This document shows positions 9,444-18,650 of a stretch of DNA of 64,000 nt, in pieces. The translations under genes and the position numbers were made by a program. This DNA is from Coraliomargaritaceae bacterium (GTDB lineage: Bacteria > Verrucomicrobiota > Verrucomicrobiia > Opitutales > Coraliomargaritaceae), in NCBI GenBank assembly GCA_965656495.1, contig CBFHKU010000003.1:64001-128000 (forward strand), read 5' to 3'. The notes beneath the pieces were generated by a model, which searched no databases, was not told the origin of the DNA, and was given only the letters and a program-made list of their open reading frames with translations. Position 1 is the stretch's first letter. Every line of letters starts with the position of its first letter.

Positions 9444-10774
9444 TACGTAGTCTACATGGGCGTCGTACTTATATACGGCGAATTGACTGTGCATACAAGC
9501 GTCTGAAAGCAGTCGAAATGCTGGGCTCTAAAGAAGTGGAGGGGTTGGCGGAAGAGACACGTAGCGCATTCCTTCAATTCTGTATCGAGCACGTCCCTTT
9601 TTATCGAGATGCGGCTAATCGTGAGGGGGTCCATAATTTAAATGACTGGTTGAAACTGCCGATCCTAACAAAGGATTTGATACGTGCGCACTCGAAAGAA
9701 TTGCGTTCAGAGGGGCATGCGTCGCTGTGGGTTCGCCAAAATACATCCGGAGGTTCCACCGGTGAGCCAGTCACTTTTTTACAAGACGATACGTATCAAG
9801 TGGAAATGTGTGCCATGAAGCGAGTCTATGACTCTTGGACCGGTTTCCAATACGGCCAGCCAAAGGTTATCTTATGGGGGTCGGAGAGAGATCTCTTGGA
9901 AGGGCGTGAACACTGGAGGACGCATTTCGCGCGATGGATGCAAAACGAACATTGGATCAATGCCTTTAAAATGACTGAAGCCTCAATGGCGGCAACCGTG
10001 GATTTGATTAATAAGCGCAAGCCGGTACAAATCTTGGCTTACGTCGAGGCCATTTCTACACTGTGTAAATTCATTAAGAAGAATCGATTGAAAGTGTATG
10101 CGCCTCATGGTATCATGACTTCTGCTGGAACTCTTTACCCGGAGATCCGAAAGGAAATCTCCGAGACCTTTCAGGCACCTGTGTACAATCGCTACGGTTC
10201 ACGTGAAGTTGGGGATATGGGCAGTGAATGTTCGGATGACAGTGGCCTTTTGGTACACCCGATGATTCACCATCTTGAGATCGTCCGGGATGATGGTAGT
10301 CCTTGCGAAGCTGGAGAGCCAGGACGTATTCTAGTCAGTTGTATGACCAATCGAACGATGCCGCTGCTCCGTTACGATGTGGGGGATGTCGGCGTGTTGA
10401 AGGCAGAGACGCATGACGATGTGCCAGCTTTCCAGAGCTTGGAGTCAGTGAAAGGTCGGGTCACGGATAATTTTATCAATTTAGAGGGTGCACGTATTCA
10501 TGGTGAATTCTTTACCCACTTACTCTATCACTGTGACTGGGTGCATAAGTTCCGTTTCCATCAACGTGCCGATACCAGTATCGATATTTATGTTGTCCTG
10601 GCTCCTCAAATAAAGCTCATTGATTTAAAAAAAGAATGTGAGTCAATTGATCAGGAAATACGTAAAGTCATGGGAGAGGGGTGTTTGCTTCGTTGGTCCT
10701 CTGTCAGAGAACTGGAGTCCCATGCAAACGGTAAGTATCGTTATGTAATTTCAGACACCCAGCAGTCATTTTAA
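9431..10774 (+). CDS. Phenylacetate-CoA ligase-like (CapK-type) adenylate-forming protein
   Basis: TSGGSTGEP, YGSREVG, MPLLRYDVGD, GRVTD, NGKYRYV motifs. Confidence 0.85.
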   Translation: MRSLIRSLHGRRTYIRRIDCAYKRLKAVEMLGSKEVEGLAEETRSAFLQFCIEHVPFYRDAANREGVHNLNDWLKLPILTKDLIRAHSKELRSEGHASLWVRQNTSGGSTGEPVTFLQDDTYQVEMCAMKRVYDSWTGFQYGQPKVILWGSERDLLEGREHWRTHFARWMQNEHWINAFKMTEASMAATVDLINKRKPVQILAYVEAISTLCKFIKKNRLKVYAPHGIMTSAGTLYPEIRKEISETFQAPVYNRYGSREVGDMGSECSDDSGLLVHPMIHHLEIVRDDGSPCEAGEPGRILVSCMTNRTMPLLRYDVGDVGVLKAETHDDVPAFQSLESVKGRVTDNFINLEGARIHGEFFTHLLYHCDWVHKFRFHQRADTSIDIYVVLAPQIKLIDLKKECESIDQEIRKVMGEGCLLRWSSVRELESHANGKYRYVISDTQQSF

Positions 10775-10787
10775 TTCAGTTTTGTCA

Positions 10788-12062
10788 ATGTTACCTAGAT
10801 TTTTTAAGCAGCCTTTCTTTGTTACCGGAGCCTTTTTGTCGGCCTACATCGTCATATTTGTGTTTTTGACAGGCCTAGTTTCGCCGCGGTTGGCTACGCT
10901 TGCGGGGGTTCTTGGCGTTGGTGCACTTTGTGCAGAATCTCTTCAACGTGGAGTGCTCGCCAAATTTCTTGAAAAGCTGTGGCCGATGGCTCCGTGGATT
11001 CTATTCGCACTCTTGAGCTATGCGGTCCTTCCTCTGATTCCCTATGCTGGATCGCGCGCTTGGAACAATTTGACCGGTGTAATTTATGCCATATCGATCT
11101 TCATGGTCGTGCGACATTATGGGAGGTTGGCATGCGTGGAGCCACTGTATGTGTCTTACGTCTTTATTGTGGTCTGTTTCTTCGTGTTATTCCCCGGAGT
11201 TTTGGGGGTCGCTGAAGGCCAGGAGCGCCTTCGTTTGAGTGCAGAAGTATTGGGTCAGGAGAAGGGGTTGAACCCGAATGATGTGGCACGTTTGATGGGC
11301 ATTTCCGGCCTGATGATTTTAGGTAGTTTGAGAGGCTTCAACTTTAAGCTATTTACGCGTGGGCATGCTATCGATCGCGGGCTCAACGTTCTCAAAGTGG
11401 TTGGTGTATTTGCCGCGATTTATGTAATCGTCTTCCACTCGGGTTCCCGTGCGGCTCTGGCTTGGATTGCTGGGATGGCGGTGTATGTGGTAGCTGCGTA
11501 TTACAATCGTAATATCGTTTTCTCCTTATTTGCGGCGGGGAGCATGGCATTTATTGGGTTGCTAGTTGGTTACCATCTCTTTCCAGACATTGAAGTGTTT
11601 AGCCGCATTTCGGTGCTATTCGATGAGGTGGCTATGCGAGGAGAAGGCGAAAAAAGTTTTTATGCCCGAGTGGACATGATTCAAGAGGCGCTAGGGCTTT
11701 GGATGCAAAGTCCCGTCTGGGGGAATGGAAATGAAGCGTATCGTGTGCAAGGAAGTTACGCAACTTATAGCCATTCGAATTATACCGAGCTGCTGGCGAA
11801 TTATGGCCTGCTTGGTTTTATTCTTTTTAATATGCCCTTTGCCTTGGGTGCCTGGACAGGATGGAAGATGCGTAAAAGTATGAATCAGGATATCCGTAAG
11901 ATAGCGATTTGGACGCTAATTTGCTGTGGAATTCTCTTTGTGGTGAGCTTTGTGAATGTGATCTACTACACAAAGTATGTGCTTTTGTTTTATGCATTCC
12001 TGCTCGGGAAGATTTATTACATCAAGGATCACTATGCACAGTTTAATCGGCCGATAACGTAG
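10788..12062 (+). CDS. Wzy polymerase / O-antigen ligase family membrane protein
   Basis: Multi-TM protein; LNPNDVA, SGSRAAL, PVWGNG, YSHSNYTELLANYGLLG motifs. Confidence 0.8.
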   Translation: MLPRFFKQPFFVTGAFLSAYIVIFVFLTGLVSPRLATLAGVLGVGALCAESLQRGVLAKFLEKLWPMAPWILFALLSYAVLPLIPYAGSRAWNNLTGVIYAISIFMVVRHYGRLACVEPLYVSYVFIVVCFFVLFPGVLGVAEGQERLRLSAEVLGQEKGLNPNDVARLMGISGLMILGSLRGFNFKLFTRGHAIDRGLNVLKVVGVFAAIYVIVFHSGSRAALAWIAGMAVYVVAAYYNRNIVFSLFAAGSMAFIGLLVGYHLFPDIEVFSRISVLFDEVAMRGEGEKSFYARVDMIQEALGLWMQSPVWGNGNEAYRVQGSYATYSHSNYTELLANYGLLGFILFNMPFALGAWTGWKMRKSMNQDIRKIAIWTLICCGILFVVSFVNVIYYTKYVLLFYAFLLGKIYYIKDHYAQFNRPIT

Positions 12063-12186
12063 GTTATCTTTCGCACATTTGATTTGAGTGTGCTTAGGAA
12101 GGTTCCGAAAAAGAACCAAGACCAATGAGCAAAGCGACCCGATTCGCACGAATCACGGAGAAGCTGGAAAGTCTATTCAATCAAGA

Positions 12187-13269
12187 ATGAAAATCTGTCT
12201 CTTTACTGCATCTTTAAATCGTGGAGGCGCGGAGCGTGTTTTTGTGAATCTGGCTAATCATTGGATCAATCAGGGGCATGAGGTGGATTTCGTGGTGCTC
12301 TCGCCGGAGGGTGGTTTCCGTAAAACTTTGCAATCTGGGGTCAGACTAGTCGATTTGCGCGAACAACGAACCGGACTGCCAGCGCGAATTGATTTCATCC
12401 GCGCGTTTGTAGGTTACTTGAAAAAAGAAAAGCCGGATCAGGTCTTTGCGACCTTAACTTATGTCACCACGATAGCACTCTGGGCGAAGCGACTCGCCCG
12501 CTACACCGGTCGGGTGGTCGTGCGCCAGGCCAACTCCCTTACGAATCAGTCCAAGCAGAGTATTCCTGTGAAAGTATGGAATTGGGTCGGTTATCACATC
12601 TGCTACCGCTGGGCCGATACCATTCTCGTCAATTCCCGCAACAGTGAGTCGGAAATGCTGGAGATGCTTCCGGCTTTGAAGGATAAAGTCCGCTTAATTT
12701 ACAACCCTGTTGAGGTTGATGGGCCTATGCCGCTAACCTCTGATCAAGAGCCGTCGCCAATTGTTTTGGCTTCCGGTCGTTTTGCGCCGCAAAAAGACTA
12801 CCCCACCTTGCTTCGGGCCTTTGCCAAAGTAAGGGCTCAGGTCGATGCTAGGCTGATTATCCTTGGGGACGGCCCCTTGAGGTCGGAGATCGAGTTACTG
12901 ATCAGCGAGCTGAAGCTCAATGAACCCGTCGAACTCATGGGTTATGTGGAGAATACTCAGGACTATTATGCCAGTGCCCGTGTCTTTGCTCTCGCCTCTC
13001 GCTGGGAGGGCTTTCCCAATGTATTGGTGGAAGCGCTTGCAGCAGGAGTGCCGGCTGTGGTCACCGATGGCAAAGGTGCAAGCCGGGAAATTCTCGAACC
13101 GATCTTGCCGGATAATATCGTGCCGGTTGGTGATGTGGCTGCCTTGGCGGAGCGGATTGTTGCAAGCTTAGAGCAGACACCTGAGTGTGAACGTTATAGA
13201 GACTCGATCCGTGAGCGATTTAACTTACCTGTGATTGCAAATCAATACTTGGATACTGCAGCATGTTAA
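12187..13269 (+). CDS. Glycosyltransferase family 4
   Basis: GGAERV, GRFAPQKDY, SRWEGFPNVLVEA; ATG at 12187 chosen over upstream GTG. Confidence 0.9.
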   Translation: MKICLFTASLNRGGAERVFVNLANHWINQGHEVDFVVLSPEGGFRKTLQSGVRLVDLREQRTGLPARIDFIRAFVGYLKKEKPDQVFATLTYVTTIALWAKRLARYTGRVVVRQANSLTNQSKQSIPVKVWNWVGYHICYRWADTILVNSRNSESEMLEMLPALKDKVRLIYNPVEVDGPMPLTSDQEPSPIVLASGRFAPQKDYPTLLRAFAKVRAQVDARLIILGDGPLRSEIELLISELKLNEPVELMGYVENTQDYYASARVFALASRWEGFPNVLVEALAAGVPAVVTDGKGASREILEPILPDNIVPVGDVAALAERIVASLEQTPECERYRDSIRERFNLPVIANQYLDTAAC

Positions 13270-14060
13270 GAAGGCATATTAAAGCTGTTCTAGAGTATCC
13301 TCTCCTCCTCACTGCAGGATGGCGTAGGTTACCTGATTTTATTATTATCGGGGCGCAGAAGTCGGGCACCACCTCTCTCTTTGATTATCTGACCATGCAC
13401 CCGGAGGTTCTGAAGAACCCTCTCAATTATAAAGAGCTGTATTTCTTTAACACCCATTATCAACGGGGGATGAAATACTATAGGCATTATTTTCCACTCA
13501 AGTTCCGTTCCGGCTTGGTGGGCGAGGCGACGACCACGTATTTACACAGTCTGGAAGCGCCAGCTCGGGTGGCTCAGTGCCTCCCTGAAGTGAAGCTAAT
13601 CCTGACTTTGCGGGATCCCGTCGACCGCGCGATTTCCCATTACTACCATCACGTTAAGCGCGGCAGGGAAAGCAGAACTTTGGATGAGGCTTTCTCGCAG
13701 GATTATTTAGATCGATTCAATTCCGGCAAATTGGAAGACGATAAATTTACCTATCGGTATCTGAATAATAGCAATTACGCTCGGCACTTGGCCAACTGGC
13801 AGCAGCACTTCATGGAGAAACGCTTTTGTATCAATGCGGCAGAAGACATGTTTGAACGTCCGCAGGAGGTCTATGATCAGGCCTGTGACTTCCTCGGTCT
13901 GAAACGTGTGCACCTGCCTGAGTTTAAAGTTCGAAATAAGGGTTCGGAACGAAAGGAAATCCGAGAAATCGAGCAACGGCTGTGCGAATTTTATAGACCA
14001 CATGTAGCACAGCTCTACGCGTCGCCATTGATCAAGTTCCGCTGGGAGCGCTTTTATTGA
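13263..14060 (+). CDS. Sulfotransferase (Sulfotransfer_1, heparan-sulfate O-sulfotransferase-like)
   Basis: LPDFIIIGAQKSGTTSL, KELYFF, GEATTTY, LRDPVDRAISHY. Confidence 0.88.
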   Translation: MLRRHIKAVLEYPLLLTAGWRRLPDFIIIGAQKSGTTSLFDYLTMHPEVLKNPLNYKELYFFNTHYQRGMKYYRHYFPLKFRSGLVGEATTTYLHSLEAPARVAQCLPEVKLILTLRDPVDRAISHYYHHVKRGRESRTLDEAFSQDYLDRFNSGKLEDDKFTYRYLNNSNYARHLANWQQHFMEKRFCINAAEDMFERPQEVYDQACDFLGLKRVHLPEFKVRNKGSERKEIREIEQRLCEFYRPHVAQLYASPLIKFRWERFY

Positions 14061-15316
14061 GGAGCATTGATTCTCTCTTTTGTATTCACGTGATGCCTGA
14101 AAAGCCCAAAACTCTGCTCTTCCTGACCTATCAGTATCCCTTCCTTCCGGGGGAGTATTTCATCGAGAGTGAAATCAGTTTCCTCTCCGAAGCCTTCTCT
14201 GAAGTGCTGGTTGTTCCAGCGCGTTGTTTTTGGTGGCGCAGCGCAAAAACTTCTCGTGGCTTGCCTGAAAATGTTACTCTCGTTGACCCAAGGCAATTAT
14301 TTTGGATTCAGCGAGTTTTGTATTCCTTGGCAGGAGCGATTGAAATGCTGCCAATGATACTGTTAGGGCGCAAAATTTGGCCGGGGGCTAAGGTCGGGAC
14401 AGCTGGCTGGTTTGACGAGTTTAAGTCGATGTATAAAACCTGTGTACTTGCACACATGTTGCGACATTTATTGAGAACCCGAATGATTAGTTCGGATGTC
14501 GTTGCTTATGCGTATTGGAGAGATTTTTCTGCGGCTGCACTGGCATTTTTGAGGAAACAAAGTCTGGTGCGGCGTCTCTTTGTCAGATGTCATCGGGTTG
14601 ATATTTATCATCCGAAACGCTGGTCGGTTCAAAGTTTTATTGATAGCTATGCGGACGCTATTTTTCCGGTGTCTCAGGATGGCTTCAATCATCTGGTCGG
14701 TGAGAAAGGGCTCGACGCCGGAAAAATCGAGGTGCAGCGTCTGGGAATTCGAGTGCCGGGAACTCAGACGCGACAATCGACGGACGGCGTCTTGCGATTG
14801 GTCTCCTGTTCAAATATTGTTCCCGTGAAGAGGGTTGATTTGATCGCCCGTGTGGTGGCCTTGCTGCCAGGGCGGGTCGAGTGGACCCATATTGGGGATG
14901 GGCCGGAGAAATCACTGGTGGATCAGGTTGTGGCTACTTTGGATTCGAAGCATACGGCTCATTTTACAGGGCGCTTATCGAACGATGCAGTCTATAATTA
15001 CTATTCACATAATCCCGTTGATTGGTTTATTAACTTGAGTGAGTCTGAGGGAGTCCCTGTTTCGATTATGGAGGCAATGGCGCACAGCATTCCATGCGTT
15101 GCCACCGATGTTGGCGGGACCTCTGAAATTGTCCACAAATCAAATGGCATTTTGGTTTCGGCCGATACGCCTTTGGAAGAAATTGTTTCCTTAATCATCC
15201 AACAATCACCATCGGAAAATCTGGAAATGTTGCGGGCGCGAGCACGTGAAACAGCAGAGGAAATGTGTTCTGCAGAGGCAAATTACCGGCGTTTTTGTAA
15301 GATTATTAGCCAGTGA
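14057..15316 (+). CDS. Glycosyltransferase family 4 (true start may be ATG 14093)
   Basis: GEYFIESEI, VPVKRVDL, SESEGVPVSIMEAM, ATDVGGTSEI. Confidence 0.88.
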   Translation: MRSIDSLFCIHVMPEKPKTLLFLTYQYPFLPGEYFIESEISFLSEAFSEVLVVPARCFWWRSAKTSRGLPENVTLVDPRQLFWIQRVLYSLAGAIEMLPMILLGRKIWPGAKVGTAGWFDEFKSMYKTCVLAHMLRHLLRTRMISSDVVAYAYWRDFSAAALAFLRKQSLVRRLFVRCHRVDIYHPKRWSVQSFIDSYADAIFPVSQDGFNHLVGEKGLDAGKIEVQRLGIRVPGTQTRQSTDGVLRLVSCSNIVPVKRVDLIARVVALLPGRVEWTHIGDGPEKSLVDQVVATLDSKHTAHFTGRLSNDAVYNYYSHNPVDWFINLSESEGVPVSIMEAMAHSIPCVATDVGGTSEIVHKSNGILVSADTPLEEIVSLIIQQSPSENLEMLRARARETAEEMCSAEANYRRFCKIISQ

Positions 15317-16488
15317 GCAAATCAACTTTAGTTCATACGGTGCCTTCTTTGGGTATGACCGGTGGCGGGCCACCTCGCTCTGTCAGTCAGCTTTGCGGTG
15401 CGCTTTGTGACGAGTCTGAACGGGCGATTTCTATTATCACGGCGCTCTATATGGATGACCCTCTGGTGCCGTTGCATCAGAGGATTGAGTTGATGACGCA
15501 CGCGGCCAAGGGTCACTCGTTCACTGCCCGACTCCAGGAGACAGGATTTCGCGATTCGCTGCATGCTTTGGTGCGGAAGCAATCAATATCACTCATCCAT
15601 CAACATGGAATCTGGCTTCGGTCGTCTCATGAGGTTATAGGATTTGCGCATGAGTGCTCGATACCTTTAGTGGTCGCGCCCAGGGGCATGTTAGAGCCTT
15701 GGGCAATCAATCATAGTAAATGGAAGAAAAAACTGGCTTGGGTACTCTATCAGAAAAAAGACTTGGAGAAAGTTGCTGGATTTCATGCGACCGCTCACTC
15801 AGAGGCCGAAAGTATTCGTCGACTGGGCTTTAAACAACCGATTGCAGTCATTCCTAATGGGGTTCAATTGCCAGAGGCAATTGAGTGTGAAAGTGCTAAG
15901 GTGAGGAAGTTGGAAGGTGAGAGAAAAACTGCTTTCTTTCTGTCTCGGATACATCCAAAGAAGGGGCTACCAATGTTGTTGGATGCCTGGAAGAAACTCT
16001 CGCCAGAGAGCTGGCGCTTGGTGATTGCGGGTAATGATGATGGCGGGCATGTGGCTGAATTACAGGCTCTAGTAAAACGCTTGGGTCTATCTGAGGGGGT
16101 GTCCTACGCTGGGCCGCTCTTTGGTGAGGCCAAAGAAAAGGCTTATCGTGAAGCGGATCTTTTCGTGTTGCCCTCCTATTCTGAGAATTTTGGCATCGTT
16201 GTGACGGAAGCTCTGGGCTACAAAGTGCCGGTACTGACGACGACAGGCTGCCCGTGGAAGGAATTAGAAACATATAATTGCGGCTGGTGGGTGGAACCGA
16301 CTCCATTAGGCATTGAGCAAGGGCTACAACTTGCCTTGGCAACTTCAGGTCAAGAACTCAGTGAGATGGGCGCGCGTGGTCGTGCGCTTGTTGAAGAAAA
16401 ATATCAATGGCCGGGAATTGCAGAAAGGATGATTGAATTTTACGACTGGCTACTGAAAGGTGGGAATCAGCCTGAATTCGTAGTATGA
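15313..16488 (+). CDS. Glycosyltransferase family 4
   Basis: GGGPPRSV, PRGMLEPW, SRIHPKKG, PSYSENFGIVVTEAL. Confidence 0.9.
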   Translation: MSKSTLVHTVPSLGMTGGGPPRSVSQLCGALCDESERAISIITALYMDDPLVPLHQRIELMTHAAKGHSFTARLQETGFRDSLHALVRKQSISLIHQHGIWLRSSHEVIGFAHECSIPLVVAPRGMLEPWAINHSKWKKKLAWVLYQKKDLEKVAGFHATAHSEAESIRRLGFKQPIAVIPNGVQLPEAIECESAKVRKLEGERKTAFFLSRIHPKKGLPMLLDAWKKLSPESWRLVIAGNDDGGHVAELQALVKRLGLSEGVSYAGPLFGEAKEKAYREADLFVLPSYSENFGIVVTEALGYKVPVLTTTGCPWKELETYNCGWWVEPTPLGIEQGLQLALATSGQELSEMGARGRALVEEKYQWPGIAERMIEFYDWLLKGGNQPEFVV

Positions 16489-17027
16489 AAAAGCTAGATA
16501 TAAAAGCGAATCGTGCCATTTCAAAATATTCAAAGAGGGAGCTCCTGCTCCGTGTGATTTGGGGCTTTGGCAAGCTGGTGTTTCGCTTAACCCCTCGTCC
16601 ATGGTTTGGGCTGCGTCGTGCGATTCTCCGATGCTTTGGCGCAAAGGTCGGAGGGAATGTCAATATCTACCCTTCGGCCCTAATTTATTTTCCGTGGAAT
16701 TTGGAAATCGGCGACGATTCCTCTATCGGAGAGTGGGCCTTGATTTATAATTTGGGTTCCGTTACGATTGGTGAATGTACGACCATTTCGCAACGTGCGC
16801 ACTTGTGTGCAGGAACTCATGATTACTCTAACCCCGTCCTGCCATTAATTAAGCCACCAATCACCATTGGCAATGAAGTATGGGTTTGCGCAGATGCCTT
16901 CGTTGGTCCCGGAATTTTAATAGACGACAGGAGTATTGTTGCTGCGCGTGCAGTCGTTGTTAAAAATGTCCCTTCCTCTGTATTGGTAGGCGGAAATCCA
17001 GCAAAGTTTATTAAAGATAGATTATAA
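16485..17027 (+). CDS. wcaF: WcaF-like hexapeptide-repeat acetyltransferase
   Basis: FPWNLEIGDDS, ISQRAHLCAGTHDY, VGGNPAKFIK. Confidence 0.85.
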   Translation: MKKLDIKANRAISKYSKRELLLRVIWGFGKLVFRLTPRPWFGLRRAILRCFGAKVGGNVNIYPSALIYFPWNLEIGDDSSIGEWALIYNLGSVTIGECTTISQRAHLCAGTHDYSNPVLPLIKPPITIGNEVWVCADAFVGPGILIDDRSIVAARAVVVKNVPSSVLVGGNPAKFIKDRL

Positions 17028-17028
17028 T

Positions 17029-17844
17029 ATGAATTACCTAAGACGAATAATAGAACTCTGGGCCAGAGGCAAAACTTTTAAAAGAAAGCTCAATGTGGGT
17101 GGGAAAATTGTTCCGCTAATAATCAGTCCAGATGCACAGTTAAAATACTTAAAGTCAGGCTCAGAAGGCTTTGATCGTGATTTGATAGCGATTGCTGAAC
17201 TCTTTCTAAAAAGGGATTCCAATGTTTGGGATGTTGGAGCTAATGTAGGAGTATTTACTTTTGCTGCAGCAGTTATCGCAAAGGAAGGCTCAGTGGTCTC
17301 GTTTGAGGCAGATACATGGCTTGTGGGTCTTTTGCGCCGCACGAGAAATTTGCCTGCTTTTAAGGATTTTAATATCAGAATATTACCAGTTGCTTTATCT
17401 GGCAAAGATGGTGTTGCCACTTTTCAAGTAGCAAAGCGAGGGCGTGCATCCAGCTCTCTTGAAAGTGCAGGTGGGCGCAGTCAGATGGGGGGAATTCGAG
17501 AGAAACAAGATGTCCCGACACTGAAAATCGATACACTGCTGAAGTCACTGGAGGCGCCAGATTTTATAAAAATAGATGTAGAAGGTGCCGAACTTATGGT
17601 TTTAAATGGTGCTCCTAATGTCATTCATCGCGTAAGACCAATATTTTATATTGAGGTTTCTCGTGAGTCACAAAGAGAAATCTTTGAGTTATTTAAAGAT
17701 GCCAATTATCTTAGTTATACTCATGGATTCAAAATTATAGATGATACAGAGAACGTTTCTAGTAATGTTTATTTTGTTCCTGAGGAAAAAGTTGATTTTT
17801 ATAAGGAGGCAAGTGCATCATGTGCGAGCAGTAAAATTTCATGA
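17029..17844 (+). CDS. FkbM-family methyltransferase
   Basis: WDVGANVG, SFEAD, FIKIDVEGAEL. Confidence 0.88.
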   Translation: MNYLRRIIELWARGKTFKRKLNVGGKIVPLIISPDAQLKYLKSGSEGFDRDLIAIAELFLKRDSNVWDVGANVGVFTFAAAVIAKEGSVVSFEADTWLVGLLRRTRNLPAFKDFNIRILPVALSGKDGVATFQVAKRGRASSSLESAGGRSQMGGIREKQDVPTLKIDTLLKSLEAPDFIKIDVEGAELMVLNGAPNVIHRVRPIFYIEVSRESQREIFELFKDANYLSYTHGFKIIDDTENVSSNVYFVPEEKVDFYKEASASCASSKIS

Positions 17845-18650
17845 TCTCTATTCTTATTTTAACTAAAAATGAAGCAGTAAATTTAGGGGATTGCCTAGAC
17901 TCGGTAGCATTTTCGGATGATGTCGTAATTTTAGATTCGGAAAGCACAGATGAGACAGTGCAGATTGCTAAATCCTATGGAACAACAGTGCTGACGCGTC
18001 CTTTTGATAATTATGCGGCGCAACGAAATTTTGGTCTGGCGCATAATTTCAAGCACGATTGGGTTCTCATGCTCGATGCCGATGAGCGGATTCCTGAGGA
18101 TTTTGTTGCAGAGATTCGTGCAGTAACGGATCGAATTGATAATCCAGTGACGCTCTATCGGATGCGCCGGAAGGATATGTTCATGGGGCGTTGGTTGAAG
18201 CGCTCCAGCGGCTACCCCACTTGGTTTGGGCGCCTCTTTCGTAAAGGGCAAGTTCGTGTAGAACGTGAAATCAATGAGGAATATTATACCGATGGTGAGA
18301 TTGGACTATTGCAGGGGCATTTGATTCATTACCCATTCAATAAAGGCATAGCCTATTGGTTTGAGCGGCACAATCGCTACTCTTCAATGGAGGCACTAAA
18401 GTTGAGCGAAGAACGTGCCGAATCCATTTCTTGGAAAGACTTTCTAAGTAAAGATCCAATGCTTAAACGCAAAGCCTTTAAGGCCTTTGCCTATCGTTTG
18501 CCATTTCGGCCATTACTGGCTTTTTGTTTTCTTTACATTTTTAAACTTGGTTTTCTCGACGGCAAAGCTGGCTTTCATTTCAGCCTTTTGCGTTCAACTT
18601 ATGAGTATATGATTTCGCTAAAAATGAAGGAGCTTAATCCTAAAAGTTGA
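17841..18650 (+). CDS. Glycosyltransferase family 2 (beta-1,4-glucosyltransferase-like)
   Basis: LTKNEA, DSESTD, QRNFGL, WVLMLDADE, GFLDGKAG. Confidence 0.9.
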   Translation: MISILILTKNEAVNLGDCLDSVAFSDDVVILDSESTDETVQIAKSYGTTVLTRPFDNYAAQRNFGLAHNFKHDWVLMLDADERIPEDFVAEIRAVTDRIDNPVTLYRMRRKDMFMGRWLKRSSGYPTWFGRLFRKGQVRVEREINEEYYTDGEIGLLQGHLIHYPFNKGIAYWFERHNRYSSMEALKLSEERAESISWKDFLSKDPMLKRKAFKAFAYRLPFRPLLAFCFLYIFKLGFLDGKAGFHFSLLRSTYEYMISLKMKELNPKS

